Both the position numbers and the translations under genes were made by a program. Of a stretch of 64,000 nt of DNA, positions 55,333 through 64,000 are shown piece after piece. Numbering within the stretch: the stretch's first letter is position 1; each line of letters begins with the position of its first letter. The DNA is from Bigelowiella natans CCMP2755 (Eukaryota; Protista; Cercozoa), in the NCBI GenBank assembly GCA_000320545.1, contig ADNK01001191.1, positions 15,116 through 79,115 of the forward strand. Direction: 5' to 3'. Under the pieces are notes generated by a model. That model had not been told where the DNA came from. It ran no database searches and was given only the letters and a program-made list of their open reading frames with translations.

Positions 55333-55893
55333 ATGGCAAACGCGTCTTCAATTCCATTTGTCCTGTCTCATGGGGTGAGCATAGCAAAGCACGCACGCAC
55401 AATCGTATGATGCCGATGGCCATGGTGACGACGACTGATTGATGCGCCGTTGTGGTTAATTTACTGTTCAAAAATGTGTGCGCAACAAACATCAGGCTGT
55501 TTTTGTCATCGGATTTTGGATTCGAGGAAAATTTGACTCGGCCAAGTATAAAGCTGGAATGGCGATAAAGGACAAGCAGCATAAGGTGCGGCGCAGAAGC
55601 CAATGAAAAAATCCACGGGAGTGTGGAAGGAGTAAACGGAAACGGTTAGGGTTATTATTCGGGCTTTGTATTGCAGACGCAATCAACATTCTCATCCCCA
55701 GAGTTTATATGAAACAACTGCACATAACGGATAAAACCTGCTTATTTTACCTTCGCAGATAACCTTAGCAAAGAAGTCTGTAGAAGGAGCTGCACAATCA
55801 GTCCTCGTTGGAATAGCTGCAGGAGCTGTTGGGCTGGTTATGGGGACAGGGTTTGGAATTTATCTAAAGGGGAAACTTTCGGCTAGTAGATGA
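55333..55893 (+). CDS. Predicted 88-aa small membrane protein, 3 exons (55333-55374, 55496-55585, 55759-55893)
   Basis: Two phase-0 GT-AG introns join MANASSIPFVLSHG|AVFVIGFWIRGKFDSAKYKAGMAIKDKQHK|ITLAKKSVEGAAQSVLVGIAAGAVGLVMGTGFGIYLKGKLSASR*. Two hydrophobic segments. Additional upstream exons cannot be excluded. Confidence 0.6.
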
Positions 55894-55979
55894 AATAGGG
55901 GGCACGTGCGCAACTCTATGAAAGAATACAAACAGCATGTGATATGTGTGGCAACATACTTATTGAGATGATCTATTTT

Positions 55980-56440
55980 CATGACTAGATGACAGCAACA
56001 GACGACAACACTTGCGCATGTGTGAAATGCACGTGCACCAAACATGGCAGCAACGTGCTGACATGGAAAACGCAAGCATGCTGATTCCGCAAGAGCCAAA
56101 CCAAAAACAAATGAATGAGGAAGCCTGGTCGATGGGTCCCATGCTAGCATGATGTGTGCAACACACGTCATGCATGCAACAGCAGTCATTAGACCTAGAG
56201 ACACTCTGCTAGCTAGCAGTCGCTAGCACTCATAGCCACGCTGCCAAGATGGCATGCTATAATGCGAAGAACTTAGCGGCTCGGCACATTGCAACATTGT
56301 GAGCACGTCACACCCAATGCAATGAGGACACGACAGAGTTTAGCGTGTGGACAGTTGACAGCTCTAGAGCTGTAAGTGATCACAACACACATCTAGATTA
56401 GACATGTGCAACATTTCACAATGATAGACATGCAACACAT

Positions 56441-56493
<53 letters not shown>

Positions 56494-56523
56494 TTGTATA
56501 CTTATGATAGACATGCAATACAT

Positions 56524-56559
<36 letters not shown>

Positions 56560-56720
56560 TCTATTGTATTGCTGTGTCTATTATCACACGTACAACATGC
56601 TGCACCAATAAGCAACACAGAACGTGCATGCTAGCATGTAGCCGTGCTAGTGTGCATGTGGCAGGTTGCTGCGTCGTGTCACGTGCATTGTTTTTGCTTA
56701 GCTTGGATTGACACACTAGC
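55980..56720. repeat. CTAG/CATG-rich island with a TA-cored inverted repeat, between the convergent microprotein and acyltransferase genes
   Basis: catgctagcatg, gctagctagcagtcgctagc, gcatgctagcatgta; duplicated atgatagacatgcaa(c/t)acatta + (TA)n at 56421 and 56504. Confidence 0.7.
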
Positions 56721-56798
56721 TGTGTCAAAATGCTGTGTCAAAATGTGTGCAAAGACTCACATTTCTAAGTGGATGCTAATCATTGATGCTGCTCATAG

Positions 56799-59439
56799 CT
56801 ACGACTTCATTTCCAATGGATTGCGTACATCTGCTGGCCCAGTAGAGTCAGACAAGAGGCTGGGTAAGGCTAGGTCCTTGGTGCCGGCGGCCAAGATTGC
56901 GAGTTTATCTACCAATTTGAAGAGGGGGGTAGGAGACAATTTGTAGTAGATGCTATGATAAAAAGAATAACAACCTAATTTCTACAAATACCTTTGTTCG
57001 GTCTGAAGATGAAAGCGATGCGCGTCGTCGAGTCTAACTCACCATGACTCCAGTCGTAGAGTGGCAGGTGTAGGCGTTGTGTGCATCCTTCCAAGACATT
57101 GTCTTTGTAAAACGATGCCCAATTCGTAACGTAGCAGGCCCTAAGCCTAGCATAGATTCGCGGCACTTATGAAGCAGGTGAATGGACGACGGAGGCATAA
57201 CATCCTCATCCTCATCATCATAAATATTATCATCGTTATCACCACCATCAAATTCGTTCTTCAGTCTACATCCCCTCGCTATGATAATACCGTCTCATGT
57301 TCTCCCACATCGTCGGGAGTTTGGTAGGGGGATCGCTGCTGGATCTGCGTAGATTTTGTACTGCATGCCGTACCAGCGAGGGAGTTTCGAAGTCCGCCGG
57401 GCAAAAAAGCATTTCCTGCTCGTAATTCCCAGCATCATTGAAGCTGACGTGCGTACATATGTGAGTGCATGTGTTTTAGAGAGGCCAATCAGGCCCTGCC
57501 CAACCCCCTTTACTTTCCTGCTTACTCGCAAATATTCTTTGGAAGCTTGCCTCGCATGTTGCAGGCCATGAGCCCGATCGTAGTCTCCGCATAATTGAAC
57601 CACCTTCAAAACCATCGGTGTGTGCGTAAGAATTACGGTTGGATGTGCGTGCGTCGTCCGCACACGTGCAATGAGGAATTTCTGCGAGGTCTTAGTTAGA
57701 AAGAGAGAGATTGTACCAGCTGGTAAGGATGTCATTGGTGGAGACAAACGGGGTGAGTGGGGCGCTCGAGGCTTTTGCATCCTCCTTGCTCTGTGTCAGC
57801 TTTTCTTTGTGGCTTTCCTTCCTCTGCCGAACCCAGGCATCGTTTACCTGAATCATCATCACAACAAATAACATGGCAGAGGTAACAGCACTCAGGCAAA
57901 CAGCCTTGCTTTTTTTCTCGATCGCTGCCCACTCTCTTCAATGGCTCGTCGCTCACACGTCTGTTGATCTCTTCGGTCTACTCACATGGAAGCCGACAAC
58001 ATCCACGGCGTCCTCGCGCCTCAGCAACTTGCACTTCGCGGCTTCGAAGATGTGCGCGGGGAGTATCTTCCAGAAATAAGTGTCTTTGTCCTCCCCCCCT
58101 CCTATTGCTTGCTTGTGGGCTGCCCCGAAGTCCATATTTCGCTCGGGATTTAGAGTGACAACGTCCGAATTGGACCCAATCATGTTCCGCACGGCATAGA
58201 ACGTACAACCGTCACCTACATGCAGAATGATTATAGTAATAATAACGATAATGATGATAGCCAGTAGCAGGAGGAGACTAGAATTCATCAGTATAACACA
58301 CGTAATAATATATTATATATGCTGCTGACGTCGCCGCGTGCCCTTATTTCGTTGAGAAAAACAAGGCTAAGGGTATGAAGGAAAAACTGCACGCGTGGGT
58401 CGGTTCTTTATTCGATTACCAGCTATGTGTAGGAGGGATGTCACAACGGCGAAGCGCTCACCCGGAGCTGTCTCATCTTTCACAACAGTCACCTTGATGC
58501 GGTAGTTTTGCAATATTAACCATCATTTTACCGAGTGTCTTTGCGGTGTTGGGAAGAAAGATTGAGGGCGTGGAATGTCAATAATTTTGGTGGCAAGATC
58601 CACGTCAAGGCCTATGGTGTGCACACCTTGAAAACAGGTTCGTCTTTGCCGAGGATATCGCATCCCATTGGTACGATGCAGCGCCCCAGAGATGCTGCCC
58701 ACACAAGATTGGTGCAAAAAAAACAAAAAAACAATTAGTGATATATTCTACAACTGAAGTGAAAGGACCACCAGCCATTTCGGAGTAAGGAGTGTCCATA
58801 GTAATTCTTTCTGCGGAGGATGATTCGTCAATGACCTTAAGGTAGGTTCAGAGGGGGAAAGTAGGAATCATCCAAGTGCAGGCAGGCAAGTAGTTTGATT
58901 GTCTCTCTCATCTACCAAGAAATTCGAACAACACACGATCACGGAAGTCAAGCTACCCATCTTAATACTAGGCCCAGTTTACCTGAAATATGCTTGAACT
59001 AACCCCCACAGAGGAACTTTTGTTCCCGTTTTCAGCTGATTCGTAGGCGAGAACATTTCTACCCTTGTACCTCATCAGCCTGTTGCACATAATAATAATG
59101 TACAAGAAGCATCCGCATCGATCAAGGCTGTAGTACACAAATCACATTGAGCATTAATTCAAGTGACCTTGATCCCAGCCACGGATTTGCCTGCACCATA
59201 TCGCCCACTCTTTTCTCAAGATACTCAATGGGCGCTTTGCCCTCGTAGAAAGTGACCGTCGTAGTGGAAGGGAAGAAGTTTGAAATCAAGAAGGAGGTTT
59301 CATTTGGCATCAACTCGACCATCTTCTTGCCCTTTGGGTCAAATCCAGGGGTGTCCCGGGTCGTCGCATATGCGATGTAGGCCATGGAGCCAGCACTGAT
59401 GCCCAGGCAAGCGCGGCGTGCGGCAGCCAGGAACGCCAT
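56799..59439 (-). CDS. HxxxD acyltransferase/condensation-fold (BAHD-like) protein, multi-exon
   Basis: MAFLAAARRACLG..TTVTFYEGKAPIEYLEKRVGDMVQANPWLGSR; FAVVTSLLHIA|GDGCTFY (HIAGD across an intron); FVSTNDILTSW; VTNWASFY; last exon ends ...NPLEMKS* at 56799-56801. Confidence 0.65.
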
Positions 59440-60209
59440 TCTTGTTAACAAAGAACCTTCTTCCCCAGAGCTAATACTAAATTTTGTCATGTTCACAGGC
59501 GAATTTATCCCTGCGACAACCCGGATATTATGTCTTAATATTCAACAAACAAACAGCAACGTGTGCTCCATCATCGGCAGCAGCGATGCCTCAATGCCAC
59601 AACGCATTCATTCAGGCATTCATACAGTCTACTTTTTGTCTCTCTAGTATTCGCTGCTTGTTGAACGGTTACAGGACATGGAGGCTCAGGATCAAACAGG
59701 AAACGGGGCGGTAACCATCCAAGGAGCTCAGGACTGTGCAGTACAAGATCAGGTGAAAGCTCTGTTCCAAGAAATTCTTTTGGCAATATCAAGGAGAGTG
59801 TGTAGGGATGAATACCTCTCCTATGAAGAACAAGATATAGAGAATTTTGCATTTCTGTAGTTCTTGTTTCCCGGAAATATACTCTGTTATGTACACAGCC
59901 TTTGTATTATCATTCGGAAGTTAAAGACAGCGAATCTCGTGGAACACGATGGGATGTTCTTTGAGCTGCAAATCACATTTTGCCTGATTGACATTGCAAG
60001 AAATGTACTTTGCAGCCTTCCCAATCCTTACTAGGGGTGTGGTAAAAATAGTTCTTGTATTTCATATGGAATTGGTTCAGATAAGAAACGGTCCTTCCGG
60101 TAATAATTTATCCATGATAGATGCAAAGGTTTCCAAGACCGACAGAGTCCAGGAGGAGCTATTTTGCATACGATTTCGAGGAAAATCTACCCGAGCGATA
60201 TATGATTCA

Positions 60210-60650
60210 TGCATGGCAACGCATGTCTGCTAGATATATAGCCGCATGCTACATTGTGTCTATGTGTATGATCTAGCTACGCTAGTACGTGACGAAATGT
60301 GACGCCAGCTGTTATTATATTGGAGCCATCGTATCGACATCGATCATGCATGCAAGAACATCAATTATGCTTGTTGCGCAGTCATCAGTTGAGACAACTG
60401 CGGCTAGCTAGCTAGAGAATGGCGCGCTGCTCGATAGCGCTAAGCTATAACTAGCCATATAACTTGCTAGCTGCACGTAATGCTACTACTATAACTATTC
60501 ACCAACGATGTAGCGTAATTATTCCTTCTATTTGTTATTTTATTATTGCGTATGCGGTTGCGCTAGCGTAAGCGAAATGTCGCGGCATGATCTAGTGATC
60601 TATATTCTATATTGCATAGCTAGATAGCCTCCTTAATGCAAGCTACAGCG
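60210..60650. repeat. CTAG-rich island downstream of the kinase stop
   Basis: atctagctacgctagt, cggctagctagctagag, ttgctagctgcacg, gcatgcatgc-type words. Confidence 0.7.
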
Positions 60651-60836
60651 AGGGAAAATCAGTGGCTGGATTAATCATCCTCCGACGTTCGTGCTACGTG
60701 ATCATGAGATTTATTGTGTGATGTAGCAGTTCGGTTGGAACGGTACACATAACGCTAGTTCCCCAATAACATGTAATGCAAGAAGTAGAGGAAGCGGGGG
60801 AGGGTGCTAAAACACACGCGATTCTGAGTGAATGAT

Positions 60837-60901
60837 TTAATCATTATCACGAAGCCGCTTCTTTTTATCTTCCTCTTCCTTCTTGTGACGGTTACCGCCA
60901 T

Positions 60902-60936
<35 letters not shown>

Positions 60937-62949
60937 TTACTACTACTGCTACTACTGTTGCTGCTGGCGGTGCTACGACCACAAATGCTAGAAGTATTCT
61001 TATCACTGTTATCCACGTAGCCTCCATCTTTACTACTGCTACTACTACAACTACTACTACTACCACTTTTCCCATCACTGCCACCACCACTACTATTTCT
61101 GTTACTACCACAATTACTCCTACTCGAAACATCGGCAAAAGTCTTTTCACTGCTGTATTTTTCCTGCTGCATTTGCTGCTGTATCGCTTTCGAGGGAGTC
61201 GTCGTAACCATTGTTTCTGGCCTATCTGCGAGTGATGCCCGCAATCCCAGAGCCCTCTCAACTGAACATGTGGGCAAGCTGAGGCCTGAAGCTAGATTGA
61301 CAATGCCTTCCCACACGCCGAGGAACGGGTGATTTGCCAACTGCGCCTTGGGTGTGAAGCTGCCATACGAGAGAGGAAAAAGAAAGATTAGACCGCGGAG
61401 TGATTCCAGAAGCATATCACGGAAACATCTCAACGACACAGAATTTTGATATGATTCAGAGAATTTAGACCGCTGTTTGATCTGTGGCTTACAACACGGG
61501 TCACACGCTCCCCCTCTCACATCTCTCTAATCTGACTGAACACGGATGATCGATGATAGAAAAGGCTGTAGCGTGCCAATAACTCAGTCTTCGATTCAAT
61601 TGTGAAAAATTACTTCAAACGATCATGGTGACTCTAGTAGAGCATACAGTAGAACTATTGTTTCATATCACCCACAAACGCATACATCTGTAACCCACAT
61701 CTACCCCCTTCCGGCTCCCTCCCCTTCCCTTCCGTTCCCCGACCTAAGGGGGGGGTTGATAAATATCATCTTACGTGTTCTTGAGCTTCTTCCACCGTTG
61801 TCCTGCAGCCACTTTCTCTACATTATGATGAGCAAAGATCTTCTTGCAGAGGCTGTGTCCTGACTTCTCCACGTAGGCCTTCACCACCCGCCGAATCTCG
61901 GGTAGCAGCTCCGCGCCATCGATGGCGCTGGTTCCGACCTGCTGTTGCCACAGCTTATGATGTTTACCTTCGGGCTTCTCAGCGAATGCGTCATTGTCGT
62001 GCCCTTGCATGAACGCATGCTCCAGCAGCCCCTGTGCGGAGGGCCTTTGGCCAGGATCCTTATTCAGCATGCTTGCGACGAATTGAACGACTTCGTTTGA
62101 CCATGTTCGTCGTTTCACCCCCGTAGTGTCAGTCATTGGATGAGAAGCAGATGAAGAAGAAGAAGGACAAGATGACGCATCACCAGTAGACTTCTTGGAA
62201 GAAGCATTGTCGCCATGGTCTGCATCTGGATTTCCAGGATTCGCTTCTTGCTGGTGCTGCGTGCGTTTTGACTCTCCACCCCCTCTTCCCTCTCCCTCTC
62301 CTATTTCTTGGCGGTGCGCCTCGGCTAAATTGGGGATGGGTCGGTTGACAACCAGGTCCTGCAAGTGTATGAACCCAGTCGATTCTGCAAATGGCAGCTT
62401 ACCGGTAGCAACCGCCATGAGGGTTATGCCAAGTGCCCATATATCTGCTGGGTATCTGCAACGTAAACCAAGGATCAAATGGAGAAAATTCTATCGACAA
62501 ATATTGACAGAGGTGCGCCCCCCGAAATTCACAATGATCTCTTGCGACACACGACAACGTTTTCATCATCACTGCATCCCACGTAATATCTGCATATGCA
62601 TCCCCCCCCCCCCCCCATTTTGCTCTCATTCATTTGTCCAGCTGGATACTTACGAATGTGGGCGGACGAGAAGGCGTTCCGGGGAGCAAAATGCCAGCGT
62701 ACCGCATGCGTCTGTCGACATGCCCTCCACATGGCAAGCTAGGCCAAGATCGCCCACTTTGACGTGACCCATGTGTGACACTAGAATATTCGCAGGCTTG
62801 ATGTCGTTGTGAATGGTATTAAACTCCTGGAAGTGCGCGAGCGCGCTGAGAATTCCGTGAGCGATGTGTTGCAGGATCCTCTCGTCACGCACACCCCCCG
62901 CCTCTACCACCTGCTGAAGCGAGCCGCTGTCCATGTATCTAGTCGCAAA

Positions 62950-62992
<43 letters not shown>

Positions 62993-64000
62993 AAGGAGTC
63001 AAGTGGAGGATGAGGGCTATGAAAGGTCTTATCGCATTTTGGGTTTGTTGTGAAGAGGAATGGAGGGGGGGGGGGGGGGGGGGATTTTTAAAACGGGTCC
63101 AATTTTCCATGTACAACACCATCCCCTGGTTCTACACTTACTACTACTTACTACTACAGCTACTACTCCGATGCATATGTGACAGTCCCTGCCGGGCCGG
63201 GAACCCCCCCTATAATAAGAGAGGATGTGTTGCAAAGGGTGCACGGTTCCAACAGACTGAGGATGAGGATATGTTGATGAAGGATTACGGAGACAAGACA
63301 GAGTCAATAGTATCGCCTAATGACATATTCTGATGACGTCTCCTATTTCTACCATTACTTTGTGGTGATTGAATATCCACTGGGGTGCTCCGTGCTCATC
63401 GATTGGAACTAAGTTCTCATGCAACTCGTGTAGTTCTTGAATCAAGCTACAGGGTGGAAGGGAGGGAGGGGGAAGAGGAAGGCACAGTGCAGAGCCAAAG
63501 AGTTTAACGCACGTGGGGATTGTTTGAAAATGTCTTGGTTGGATGATAAGGGAGAATAAGATTTAGCAACACTTATAAGAGTATTTCCCGACCTGTCTGC
63601 CTGTTCGTCCTCCATCGCCCTTACTTTAACGGCAATGAGACGCATCGTGCTCGTGTGCAACGCTAGGTAAACCGCGCTTGTAGTACCATTTCCGATCTTT
63701 CTTATCTTTACCACGTTGTCTTTTAAGTCACGTGGTCCCTTCGATAACCAGAAAAAAAGAGGATTATTGGAACAAAGTGCAGCACCTTTTCTAAACGTGC
63801 GTTTGGAATTGTGTGATTGTGTGTGCATGTGTGTGCGCGCGCGTGTGTGCGTGTAAGTTTGTACAGATATATTTTCCTTAGCTACAATTAGATACCTCCA
63901 GCTCCAAAACACATCCGATTTCATCTGATCGAAGGCTGCCAAGTGATAAGAGTGGAGATTTCGTTTCCGTAGAGCTCGAGACTGGTGGTAGTGAGATTGA
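60837..64000 (-). CDS. STE7/MAP2K-like Ser/Thr protein kinase, multi-exon, 5' end probably beyond window
   Basis: KIGNGTTSAVYLA..IAVK; YMDSGSL; HNDIKPANILV; VKVGDLGLA; GTLAFCSPERL; ADIWALGITL..ATGKLPF; QRPSAQGLLEHAFM; followed by a low-complexity C-terminal exon. Confidence 0.85.

Noticed and set aside
59480-60233. Possible small + strand gene divergent from the acyltransferase
   Set aside because: Splice-like sites exist, but I could not build a convincing spliced frame.

Overview
Eukaryotic nuclear DNA: GT-AG introns, many carrying (TA)n/(CA)n/(GA)n/(GTA)n microsatellites, with genes densely packed. The ubiquitin-actin fusion suggests a chlorarachniophyte (Rhizaria); this is inferred, not proven. 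Splicing exons by eye gives 11 genes: a 5'-partial VPS13 (+), a microbial-type PARG macrodomain (-), AIP1/WDR1 (-), a prokaryote/phage-type ATP-dependent RNA ligase almost invisible in the ORF track (+), a large bacterial-type CPBP intramembrane protease (+), ureG (-) head-to-head with a single-chain urease (+), an intronless ubiquitin-actin fusion (-), an unannotated 88-aa membrane microprotein (+), an HxxxD acyltransferase-fold protein (-) and a 5'-partial non-RD MAP2K-like kinase (-). Main oddities: (CTAG)n/CATG/TGCA palindrome islands found only downstream of gene 3' ends; the spliced RNA ligase; a urease lacking its conserved GGGTGP/ATT exon; and the urease-ureG divergent pair with a perfect 22-bp palindrome. 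No tRNA, rRNA, CRISPR or autonomous transposon was recognised. Exon boundaries are manual predictions.
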